Below are positions 1 through 14,800 of a stretch of DNA of 64,000 bases, one piece after another. The DNA comes from Lingula anatina (lineage: Eukaryota; Animalia; Brachiopoda): NCBI GenBank assembly GCA_051362555.1, contig CM120646.1:9300001-9364000 (forward strand). The letters run 5' to 3'. The notes under the pieces were generated by a model that did no database searches, was not told the origin of the DNA, and worked only from the letters and a program-made list of their open reading frames with translations. The position numbers and the translations under genes are program-made. The stretch's first letter is position 1; every line of letters starts with the position of its first letter.

Positions 1-3000
1 CTGACAATAAATACAAACTTGAACAGTGGAAACACAAACATGCACAGTAATCAAAATTAATACAAACAAACACAGTCACAATACAGACTACACAGTGATC
101 ACAAAAAATTTGACATGTACAGTGACACAGCCATGCACAGTTACCAGAATGAACACAAGAAAAAAGATTGAAGAAGCCCCACACAGCCAATACAATATAT
201 ATAAACACATTCAGTAACAATAGAGAATAGACACAGCAAACAGAATATGAACAGACACATAGATATAAAGTGACAACATAAAAATGCAGCGCAATAGTAA
301 TGATAACAACCAAATAGAGTGACAAAACTGATATACACACTGCTCACAATAAATACAAACACCAACAGTAATGACAGAAACATATACAGCGATCAAAATA
401 TATTAACATGTACATTGACAACAATAATGTGTACCAGAATGACAACAAATACAGGGAAAAACGATGAAAACATAGGCGTACACATTCCTCACAATATATA
501 CAAACAAATTCAGAAAAAATACAGAATAGACAAAGCAAATAATATAAACAGACACACAGACCTATATTTACCACATAATTATTCAGCACAATAGTAATGA
601 TTACAAACAAATAAAGTGACAATACTGACATACACAGTGCTCACAATAAATACAAACATCAACATTAATGACACAAACATACACAGTAATCATAATAAAT
701 ACAAACACAAACATTGACAACATAAACATGCACAGTAATTGATAATGATTACAAACAAATAGGACAAACAGACTTACACAGTGCACAGAATCATATGCAG
801 ATACAAACAGTAACAACACAAACATACACAGTTATCAAAATAAATATTTACATGTACATTGACAATTGGGACAAACGTACCCCGTAATGACAATGAACAC
901 AAGGAAAAAAGAGAAAACATAGCCGTACACATTCATCACAATATACACAAAAACTTTCAGTAACAATACAGAATGGACACAGCAAATACAATATAAAGAG
1001 ACACAAAGACGTACATTGACAACAGCATTATTCAGCGCAATAGTAATGATTACAAACAAAGAAAGTGACAAAACTGACATGCACAGTGCTCTCAATAAAT
1101 ACTAACATCATCAGTAATGATGCAAACATTAAGATAATAAATACAAACACAAACAATGACTGCATAAACATGCTCAGTAATTGATGATGTTTACAAACAA
1201 ATAGGACAAACAGTAACAGCACAAACATACACAGTGATTAAAATAAATATTTACATGTACATTGACAATTGTAACGTGCCCCGTAATGACAATGAACACA
1301 AGGAAAGAAAATGAAAACATAGCCGTACACATTCATCACAATATATACAAGCACATTCAGTAATATAGAATGGACACAGCAAACACAATATAAACAGACA
1401 CATAGACATACATTGACAACACCATCATTTATCGCAATAGTAATGATTACAAGCAAATAGAGCAACAAAACTGACATACACAGTGCTGACAATAAATACA
1501 AACATAAACAGTGACAACACAAACATGCACAGTAATCAAAATTAATACAAACAAACAGTCACAATACAGACTACACAGTGTTCACAAAAAAATTTGAAAT
1601 GTACAGTGACACAACCATGCACAGTTACCAGAGTGATCACAAATTAATTGGGTGATAACACAGTCATACACAGTGATCAGTAATGTAGTGAAAACATAGA
1701 CAAAAACAGTGAAAAAAAAATATTACCATGTACAGTGACCACAATAGCATGCACTGTAATGACTTCAAATACAAGGAAATAGAGTGAAAACATAGCTGTA
1801 CACATTCTTCACAATTTATACAAACACATTCAGTAACAATACAGAATGGACACATCAAACAATATAAACAGACACATAGACATACATTGACAACACCATC
1901 ACTCAGCTCAATAGTAATGATAACAAACAAATAGAGCAACAAACTGACATGCACAGTGCTCACAATAAATACAAACATCATCAGTAATGATGCAAACATA
2001 CACAGTGATCATAATAAATACAAACACAAACAATGACACCATAAACATGCACAGTAATTGATAATGATTACAAACAAATAGGACAAACAGACTTACACTG
2101 TGCCCAGTATAGTATGCAGACACAAACAGTAAAAATATAAATATACACAGAGATCAAAATAAATATTTGCATGTACATTGACAATTGAAACGTGCACTGT
2201 AATGAGAATGAACACAAGGAAAAGAGTAAAAACAGCCCTACACATTCATCACAATATATACAAACACATTCAGTAAAATTCCAGAATAGACACAGCAAAC
2301 AATAAATAAATAAACAAAGACATAGACATACAGTGACAACACCAAAATGCAGCACAATAGTAATGATTACAAACAAAAAGAGTGACAAAACTGACATACA
2401 CAGTGCTCACAATAAAAACAGCACACCAACAGCAATGATATACACAGTGATCATAATAAATACAAATGTAAACAGTGACAGCAGAAACATGCACAGTAAT
2501 TGATAATGATTACAAACAAATAGGACAAACAGACATACACAGTGCTCAGAATCGTATGCAGACACAAACAGTACCAACAAAAACATACACAGTGATCAAA
2601 ATAAATATTTGCATGAACATTGACAATTGTAACGTGCCCTGTAATGACAATGAACACAAGGAAAGAAAGTGAAAACATAGCTGTACACATTCATCGCAAT
2701 ATATACAAACACATTCAGTAACAATACAGAATGGACACAGCAAACACAATATAAACAGACACAAAGACATACATTGACAACACTATCATTCAGCTCAATA
2801 GTAATGATTATAAACAAACAGTGACAAAATTGACATATATAGTGCTCATAATAAATACAAACATTAACAGTAATGACAGAAACATACACAGTGATCATAA
2901 TAAATACAAACACAAACAATGTCAGCATACACATGCACAGTAATTGATAATGATTACAAACAAATCTGACAAACAGACTTACACAGTGCTAAGAATCATA

Positions 3001-5432
3001 TGCAGACACAAACAGTAACAACACAAACATACAGAGTGATCAAAATAAATATTTGTATGTATATTGACAATTGTAATGTGCACCTTAATGACAAAGAACA
3101 CAAGGAAAGAAAGTGAAAACATAGTCGTACACATTCATTATAATATATACAAACACATTCAGTAACAAAACAGAATAGACACAGAAAACAGAAGATGACC
3201 AGACACAAAGACATACATTGACAACACCATCATGGAGTGCAATAGTAATGATTACAAACAAATAAAGTGACAAAACTGACATGCACAGTGCTCACAATAA
3301 ATACAAACATCAACAGTAAAGACACAAACATACATAGTGATAATAATAAGTACAATTTAACACATTCAATGACAGTTTAAATATGCACAGTAATTGATTA
3401 TGATTACAAACAAATAGGACAAACATACTTACACAGTGCTCAGAATCATATGCAGACACAAACAGTACCAACAAAAACATACACAGTGATCAAAATAAAT
3501 ATTTACATGAACATTAACAATTGTAACATGCCCTGTAATGACAATGAACACAAGGAAAGAAAGTGAAAACATAGCTGTACACATTCATCGCAATATATAC
3601 AAACACATTCAGTAACAATATAGAATGGACACAGCAAACACAATATAAACAGACACAAATACATACATTGAAAACACCATTATTCAGCACAACAGTAATG
3701 ATTAGAAAGAAATAAAGTGACAAAACTGACATGCACAGTGCTCACAATAAATACAAACATTAACAGTAATGACACAAACATACACAGTGTTCATAATAAA
3801 TACAAACACAAACAATGTCAGCATACACATGCACAGTAATTGATAATGATTACAAACAAATCTGACAAACAGACTTACACAGTGCTCAGAATCGTATGCA
3901 GACACAAACAGTACCAACACAAACATACACAATGATCAACATAAATATTTACATGTACATCGACAATTGTAATGTGCACCTTAATGACAATGAACACAAG
4001 GAAAGAAAGTGAAAACATAGCCATACACATTCATCACAATATATACAAACACATTCAATAACATTCCAAAATAGACACAGCAAACAGAATATGAACGGAG
4101 ACACATAGACATACATTGACAACACCATCATTCAGCGCAATAGTAATGATAACAAACAAATTGAGCGACAAACTGACATACATAGTGCTGAGAACAAATA
4201 CATACTCGAACAGTGACAGCACAAACATGCACACTAATCAAAATAAATACAAACAAACACAGTCACAATACAGACTACACAGTGATCACAAAATATTTTG
4301 ACATGCACAGTGACAAAACCATGCACAGTTACCAGAATGATCACAAATAAATTGGGTAATTAAACAGTCATACACAGTAATCAGTGATGTAGTGAAAACA
4401 CAGATATACACAGTGATCAAAATAAATATTTACATGTACATTGACAATTGTCACGTGCACCATAATGAGAAAGAACACAAGGAAAGAAAGTGAAAACATA
4501 GTCGTACACGGTCATCACAATATATACAAAAACATTAAGTAACATTATAGAATGGACACAGCAAACATAATATGAACGGACACATAGACATACATTGACA
4601 ACAGCATTATTCAGTGCAATAGTAATGATTACAAACAAATAAAGTGACAAAACTGACATGCACAGTGCTCACAATAAATACTAACATCATCAGTAATGAT
4701 GCAAACATACACAGTGATCATAATAAATACAAACACAAACAATGACACCATAAACATGCACAGTAACTGATAATGATAAAAAAAAATAGGACAAATAGAT
4801 TTACACAGTGCTCAGAATCGTATGCAGACACAAACAGTAACAACACAAACATTCACAGTGATCAAAATGAATATTTACATGTACATTCACAATTATAATA
4901 TGCATCGTAATGAGAATAGACACAAGGAAAAAGAGTAAAGACAGCCCTACACAATCATCACAATATATATAAACACATTCAGCAACAATACAGAATAGAC
5001 ACAGCCCAAAAAATATGAACAGACACATAGACATACAGTGACAACATCAAAATGCAGCGAAATAGTAATGATTACAAACAAATAATGTGACAAAAGTGAT
5101 ATGCACAGTGCTCACAATAAATACAAACGTCAACAGTAATGACACAAATATACACAGTGATCATAATAAATACAAACACAAACAATGACAGCACAAACAT
5201 GCACAGTAATTTATAATGATTACAAACAAATAGGACAGACTTACACAGTGTCCAGTATCGTATGCAGACACAAACAGTAAAAATATAATCATACACAGAG
5301 ATCAAAATAAATATTTACTTGTACATTAACAATTGTAACGTGCACCTTAATGACAATGAACACAATGAAAGAAAGTGAAAGCATAGCTGAACACATTCAT
5401 CACAATATATACAAACACATTCAGTAACAATA

Positions 5433-5884
5433 ATCCTGCATAGGCAATGCATCAGCCTCGCCTTCACAATGAGACAAGCTGAATTGGATACAATACTTTA
5501 GCTTATACTGAATCACTGCTTAGGGTAACCAGTGTTATTGAATATTCGACAAAGTGGGGGCCTCTTTGCAACCCCACAAATGAAATTTGTGCAAAATTGT
5601 TGGTCAATAATTACTTTTACTGACTCGTCGCATCATAATTTTTAGGATGATGAGTCTTATTGAATATTTGATATATAATTTTTATCCCTAAGGCCATAAC
5701 ATTTAATACAGGCAACAATTTGCTACATTGTTATTATTGTTAAAACGATTAGGATAGAGGGATTATATAATAAAAGCAGCCTTGTTTGGCCAAATAACGA
5801 ACAATCAATATTCCTTGTTGCCTTCATTCTTGCTATGAATGAGACTATAAAAGTTTGTGGTACACTGAGATGGAGGAGACATAA
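5433..5884. other. Non-satellite ~452-bp insert in the array (copy 1)
   Basis: Composition changes abruptly at atcctgcataggc... The insert is flanked on both sides by the 22-bp satellite word acaaacacattcagtaacaata (5411-5432 and 5885-5906). Confidence 0.85.
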
Positions 5885-8800
5885 ACAAACACATTCAGTA
5901 ACAATATAGAATGGACACAGCAAACACAATATAAACAGACACAAATACATACATTGAAAACACCATTATTCAGCACAACAGTAATGATTAGAAAGAAATA
6001 AAGTGACAAAACTGACATGCACAGTGCTCACAATAAATACAAACGTCAATAGTAATGACACAAACATACACAGTGATCATAATAAATACAAACACAAACA
6101 GTGACAGCATAAACATACACAGTAATTGATAATGATTACAAACAAATAGGACAAACATTCTTACACAATGCTCAGAATCATATGCAGACACAAACAGTAC
6201 CAACACAAACATACACAGTGATCAAAATAAATATTTACATGAACATTGACAATTGTAACGTGCCCCGAAATAAAGTGAAAACATAGTCGTACACATTCAT
6301 CACAATATATACAAACACATTTAGTAACAATGTAGAATGGACACAGCAAACACAATATAAACAGACGCAAAGACAACATTGACAACACTATCATTCAGCT
6401 CAATAGTAATGATTATAAACAAACAGTGACAAAATTGACATATATAGTGCTCATAATAAATACAAACATTAACAGTAATGACACAAACATACACAGTGTT
6501 CATAATAAATACAAACACAAATAATGTCAGCATACACATGCACAGTAATTGATAATGATTACAAACAAATCTGACAAACAGACTTACACAGTGCTCAGAA
6601 TCGTATGCAGACACAAACAGTACCAACACAAACATACACAATGATCAACATAAATATTTACATGTACATCGACAATTGTAATGTGCACCTGAATGACAAT
6701 GAACACAAGGAAAGAAAGTGAAAACATAGCCATACACATTCATCACAATATATACAAACACATTCAATAACATTCCAAAATAGACACAGCAAACAGAATA
6801 TGAACGGAGACACATAGACATACATTGACAACACCATCATTCAGCGCAATAGTAATGATAACAAACAAATTGAGCGACAAACTGACATACATAGTGCTGA
6901 GAACAAATACATACTCGAACAGTGACAGCACAAACATGCACACTAATCAAAATAAATACAAACAAACACAGTCACAATACAGACTACACAGTGATCACAA
7001 AATATTTTGACATGCACAGTGACAAAACCATGCACAGTTACCAGAATGATCACAAATAAATTGGGTAATTAAACAGTCATACACAGTAATCAGTGATGTA
7101 GTGAAAACACAGATATACACAGTGATCAAAATAAATATTTACATGTACATTGACAATTGTCACGTGCACCATAATGAGAAAGAACACAAGGAAAGAAAGT
7201 GAAAACATAGTCGTACACGGTCATCACAATATATACAAAAACATTAAGTAACATTATAGAATGGACACAGCAAACATAATATGAATGGACACATAGACAT
7301 ACATTGACAACAGCATTATTCAGTGCAATAGTAATGATTACAAACAAATAAAGTGACAAAACTGACATGCACAGTGCTCACAATAAATACTAACATCATC
7401 AGTAATGATGCAAACATACACAGTGATCATAATAAATACAAACACAAACAATGACACCATAAACATGCACAGTAACTGATAATGATTAAAAAAAATAGGA
7501 CAAATAGATTTACACAGTGCTCAGAATCGTATGCAGACACAAACAGTAACAACACAAACATTCACAGTGATCAAAATGAATATTTACATGTACATTCACA
7601 ATTATAATATGCACCGTAATGAGAATAGACACAAGGAAAAAGAGTAAAGACAGCCCTACACAATCATCACAATATATATAAACACATTCAGCAACAATAC
7701 AGAATAGACACAGCCCAAAAAATATGAACAGACACATAGACATACAGTGACAACATCAAAATGCAGCGAAATAGTAATGATTACAAACAAATAATGTGAC
7801 AAAAGTGATATGCACAGTGCTCACAATAAAAACAGCACACCAACAGCAATGATATACACAGTGATCACAATAAATACAAATGTAAACAGTGACAGCAGAA
7901 ACATGCACAGTAATTGATAATGATTACAAACAAATAGGACAAACAGACATACACAGTGCTCAGAATCGTATGCAGACACAAACAGTACCAACAAATACAT
8001 ACACAGTGATCAAAATAAATATTTACATGAACATTGACAATTGTAACGTGCCCTGTAATGACAATGAACACAAGGAAAGAAAGTGAAAACATAGCTGTAC
8101 ACATTCATTGCAATATATACAAACACATTCAGTAACAATACAGAATGGACACAGCAAACACAATATAAACAGACACAAAGACATACATTGACAACACTAT
8201 CATTCAGCTCATTAGTAATGATTATAAACAAACAGTGACAAAATTGACATATATAGTGCTCATAATAAATACAAACATTAACAGTAATGACACAAACATA
8301 CACAGTGATCATAATAAATACAAAGACAAACAGTGACAGCATAAACATGCACAGTAATTGATAATGATTACAAACAAATGGGACAAACAGACTTACACAG
8401 TGCTCAGAATAGTATGCAGACACAAACAGTAAAAATATAAACATACACAGAGATCAAAATAAATATTTAATTGTACATTATCAATTGTAAAGTGCACCTT
8501 AATGACAATTAACACAATGAAAGAAAGTGAAAACATAGCTGTTCACATTTTTCAAAATATATAAAACACATTTAGTAACAATATAGAATGGACACAGCAA
8601 ACACAATATAAACAGACACATAGACAACAATTGTTACATTGACAACACCATCATGCAGCGCAATAGTAATGATAATAAACAAATAGAGTGACAAAACTGA
8701 CATAAACAGTGCTGACAATAAATACAAACTTGAACAGTGGAAACACAAACATGCACAGTAATCAAAATTAATACAAACAAACACAGTCACAATACAGACT

Positions 8801-11800
8801 ACACAGTGATCACAAAAAAATTTGACATGTACAGTGACACAGCCATGCACAGTTACCAGAATGAACACAAGAAAAAAGATTGAAGAAGCCCCACACAGCC
8901 AATACAATATATATAAACACATTCAGTAACAATAGAGAATAGACACAGCAAACAGAATATGAACAGACACATAGATATAAAGTGACAACATAAAAATGCA
9001 GCACAATAGTAATGATAACAACCAAATAGAGTGACAAAACTGATATACACACTGCTCACAATAAATACAAACACCAACAGTAATGACAGAAACATATACA
9101 GTGATCAAAATATATTAACATGTACATTGACAACAATAATGTGTACCAGAATGACAACAAATACAGGGAAAAACGATGAAAACATAGGCTTACACATTCC
9201 TCACAATAAATACAAACAAATTCAGAAAAAATACAGAATAGACAAAGCAAATAATATAAACAGACACACAGACCTATATTTACCACATAATTATTCAGCA
9301 CAATAGTAATGATTACAAACAAATAAAGTGACAATACTGACATACACAGTGCTCACAATAAATACAAACATCAACATTAATGACACAAACATACACAGTA
9401 ATCATAATAAATACAAACACAAACATTGATAACATAAACATGCACAGTAATTGATAATGATTACAAACAAATAGGACAAACAGACTTACACAGTGCACAG
9501 AATCATATGCAGATACAAACAGTAACAACACAAACATACACAGTGATCAAAATAAATATTTACATGTACATTGACAATTGTAACAAACGTACCCCGTAAT
9601 GACAATGAACACAAGGAAAAAAGAGAAAACATAGCCGTACACATTCATCACAATGTACACAAAAACTTTCAGTAACAATACAGAATGGACACAGCAAATA
9701 CAATATAAAGAGACACAAAGACGTACATTGACAACAGCATTATTCAGCACAATAGTAATGATTACAAACAAAGAAAGTGACAAAACTGACATGCACAGTG
9801 CTCTCAATAAATACTAACATCATCAGTAATGATGCAAACATTAAGATAATAAATACAAACACAAACAATGACAGCATAAACATGCTCAGTAATTGATGAT
9901 GTTTACAAACAAATAGGACAAACAGTAACAGCACAAACATACACAGTGATTAAAATAAATATTTACATGTACATTGACAATTGTAACGTGCCCCGTAATG
10001 ACAATGAACACAAGGAAAGAAAATGAAAACATAGCCGTACACATTCATCACAATATATACAAGCACATTCAGTAATATAGAATGGACACAGCAAACACAA
10101 TATAAACAGACACATAGACATACATTGACAACACCATCATTTATCCCAATAGTAATGATTACAAGCAAATAGAGCAACAAAACTGACATACACAGTGCTG
10201 ACAATAAATACAAACATAAACAGTGACAACACAAACATGCACAGTAATCAAAATTAATACAATCAAACAGTCACAATACAGACTACACAGTGTTCACAAA
10301 AAAAATTTGAAATGTACAGTGACACAACCATGCACAGTTACCAGAGTGATCACAAATTAATTGGGTAATAACACAGTCATACACAGTGATCAGTAATGTA
10401 GTGAAAACATAGACAAAAACAGTGAAAAAAAAATATTACCATGTACAGTGACCACAATAGCATGCACTGTAATGACTTCAAATACAAGGAAATAGAGTGA
10501 AAACATAGCTGTACACATTCTTCACAATTTATACAAACACATTCAGTAACAATACAGAATGGACACATCAAACAATATAAACAGACACATAGACAAACAT
10601 TGACAACACCATCACTCAGCTCAATAGTAATGATAACAAACAAATAGAGCAACAAACTGACATGCACAGTGCTCACAATAAATACAAACAGTAATGATGC
10701 AAACATACAGAGTGATCATAATAAATACAAACACAAACAATGACACCATAAACATGCACAGTAATTGATAATGATTACAAACAAATAGGACAAACAGACT
10801 TACATTGTGCCCAGTATAGTATGCAGACACAAACAGTAAAAATATAAATATACACAGAGATCAAAATAAATATTTACATGTACATTGACAATTGTAACGT
10901 GCACTGTAATGAGAATGAACACAAGGAAAAGAGTAAAAACAGCTCTACACATTCATCACAATATATACAAACACATTCAGTAAAATTCCAGAATAGACAC
11001 AGCAAACAATAAATAAACAAAGACATAGACATACAGTGACAACACCAAAATGCAGCACAATAGTAATGATTACAAACAAAAAGAATGACAAAACTGACAT
11101 ATACAGTGCTCACAATAAAAACAGCACACCAACAGCAATGATATACACAGTGATCACAATAAATACAAATGTAAACAGGGACAGCAGAAACATGCACAGT
11201 AATTGATAATGATTACAAGCAAATAGGACAAACAGACTTACACAGTGCTCAGAATCATATGCAACACCATCATGCAGCGCAATAGTAATGATAATAAACA
11301 AATAGAGTGACAAAACTGACATAAACTGTGCTGACAATAAATACAAACTTGAACAGTGGAAACACAAACATGCACAGTAATCAAAATTGATACAAACAAA
11401 CACAGTCACAATACAGACTACACAGTGATCACAAAAAAATTTGACATGTACAGTGACACAGCCATGCAGTTACCAGAATGAACACAAGAAAAAAGATTGA
11501 AGAAGCCCCACACAGCCAATACAATATATATAAACACATTCAGTAACAATAGAGAATAGACACAGCAAACAGAATATGAACAGACACATAGATATAAAGT
11601 GACAACATAAAAATGCAGCACAATAGTAATGATAACAACCAAATAGAGTGACAAAACTGATATACACACTGCTCACAATAAATACAAACACCAACAGTAA
11701 TGACAGAAACATATACAGTGATCAAAATATATTAACATGTACATTGATAACAATAATGTGTACCAGAATGACAACAAATACAGGGAAAAACGATGAAAAC

Positions 11801-14800
11801 ATAGGCGTACACATTCCTCACAATATATACAAACAAATTCAGAAAAAATACAGAATAGACAAAGCAAATAATATAAACAGACACACAGACCTATATTTAC
11901 CACATAATTATTCAGCACAATAGTAATGATTACAAACAAATAAAGTGAAAATACTGACATACACAGTGCTCACAATAAATACAAACATCAACATTAATGA
12001 CACAAACATACACAGTAATCATTATAAATACAAACACAAACATTGACAACATAAACATGCACAGTAATTGATAATGATTACAAACAAATAGGACAAACAG
12101 ACTTACACAGTGCACAGAATCATATGCAGATACAAACAGTAACAACACAAACATACACAGTGATCAAAATAAATACTTACATGTACATTGACAATTGTAA
12201 CAAACGTACCCCGTAATGACAATGAACACAAGGAAAAAAGAGAAAACATAGCCGTACACATTCATCACAATATACACAAAAACTTTCAGTAACAATACAG
12301 AATGGACACAGCAAATACAATATAAAGAGACACAAAGACGTACATTGACAACAGCATTATTCAGCACAATAGTAATGATTACAAACAAATAGAGCAACAA
12401 AACTGACATACACAGTGCTGACAATAAATACAAACATAAACCGTGACAACACAAACATGCACAGTAATCAAAATAAATACAAACAAACACAGTCACAATA
12501 CAGACTACACAGTGTTCACAAAAAAATTTGAAATGTACAGTGACACAACCATGCACAGTTACCAGAGTGATCACAAATTAATTGGGTGATAACACAGTCA
12601 TACACAGTGATCAGTGATGTAGTGAAAACACAGACAAACACAGTGAAAAAAAAATATTACCATGTACAGTGACCACAATAGCATGCACTGTAATGACTTC
12701 AAATACAAGGAAATAGAGTGAAAACATAGCTGTACACATTCTTCACAATTTATACAAACACATTCAGTAACAATACAGAATGGACACATCAAACAATATA
12801 AACAGACACATAGACATACTTTGACAACACCATCACTCAGCTCAATAGTAATGATAACAAACAAATAGAGCAACAAACTGACATGCACAGTGCTCACAAT
12901 AAACACAAACAGTAATGATGCAAACATACAGAGTGATCATAATAAATACAAACACAAACAATGACACCATAAACATGCACAGTAATTGATAATGATTACA
13001 AACAAATAGGACAAACAGACTTACATTGTGCCCAGTATAGTTTGCAGACACAAACAGTAAAAATATAAATATACACAGAGATCAAAATAAATATTTACAT
13101 GTACATTGACAATTGTAACGTGCACTGTAATGAGAATGAACACAAGGAAAAGAGTAAAAACAAAAACAGCCATACACATTCATCACAATATATACAAACA
13201 CCTTTAGTAAAATTCCAGAATAGACACAGCAAACAATAAATAAACAAAGACATAGACATACAGTGACAACACCAAAATGCAGCACAATAGTAAAGATTAC
13301 AAACAAAAAGAGTGACAAAACTGACATATACAGTGCTCACAATAAAAACAGCACACCAACAGCAATGATATACACAGTGATCACAATAAATACAAATGTA
13401 AACAGTGACAGCAGAAACATGCACAGTAATTGATAATGATTACAAACAAATAGGACAAACAGACTTACACAGTGCTCAGAATCGTATGCAGACACAAACA
13501 GTACCAACAAAAACATACATAGTGATCAAAATAAATATTTACATGAACATTGACAATTGTAACATGCCCTGTAATGACAATGAACACAAGGAAAGAAAGT
13601 GAAAACATAGCTGTACATATTCATCGCAATATATACAAACACATTCAGTAACAATATAGAATGGACACAGTAAACACAATAGAAACAGACACAAAGACAT
13701 ACATTGACAACACCATCATTCAGCTCAATGGTAATGATTATAAACAAACAGTGACAAAACTGACATATATATAGTGCTCATAATAAATACAAACATTAAC
13801 AGTAATGACACAAACATACACAGTGATCATAATAAATACAAACACAAACAATGTTAGCATACACATACACAGTAATTGATAATGATTACAAACAAATGTG
13901 ACAAAAAGACTTACACAGTGCTGAGAATCATATGCAGACACAAACAGTAACAACACAAACATACACAGTGATCAAAATAAATATATGTATGTATATTGAC
14001 AATTGAAATGTGCACCTTAATGACAAAGAACACAAGGAAAGAAAGTGAAAACATAGTCGTACACATTCATTACAATATACACAAACACATTCAGTAACAA
14101 AACAGAATAGACACATAAAACAGAAGATGACCAGACACAAAGACATACATTGACAACACCATCACGCAGTGCAATAGTAATGATTACAAACAAATAAAGT
14201 GACAAAACTGACATGCACAGTGCTCACAATAAATACAAACATCAACATTAAAGGCACAAACATACATAGTGATAATAATAAATACAATTTAACTCATTCA
14301 ATGACAGTTTAAACATGCACAGTAAATGATAATGATTACAAACAAATAGGACAAACATACTTCCACAGTGCTCAGAATAATATGCAGACACAAACAGTAA
14401 CAACACAAACATACACAGTGATCAAAATAAAAATTTACATGTACATTGACAATTGTAACGTGCACCTTAAGGTCAAAGAACACAAGGAAAGGAAGTGAAA
14501 ACATAGTCATTCACATTCATTACAATATATACAAACACATTCAGTAACAAAACAGAATAGATACAGCAAACAGAATATGAACGGACATATAGACATACAT
14601 TGACAACAGCATTATTCAGTGCAATAATAATGAATACAAACAAATAAAGTTACAAAACTGACAAGCACAGTGCTCACAAATAATACTAACATCATCAGCA
14701 ATGATGCAAACATACACAGTGATCATAATAAATACAAACACAAACAATGACACCATAAACATGCACAGTAACTGATAATGATTAAAAAAAATAGGACTAA

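Noticed and set aside
5646-5870. C/D-box snoRNA in the satellite insert (atgatga ... ctga)
   Set aside because: The boxes are ~220 nt apart with no terminal stem, which is expected by chance in AT-rich DNA.
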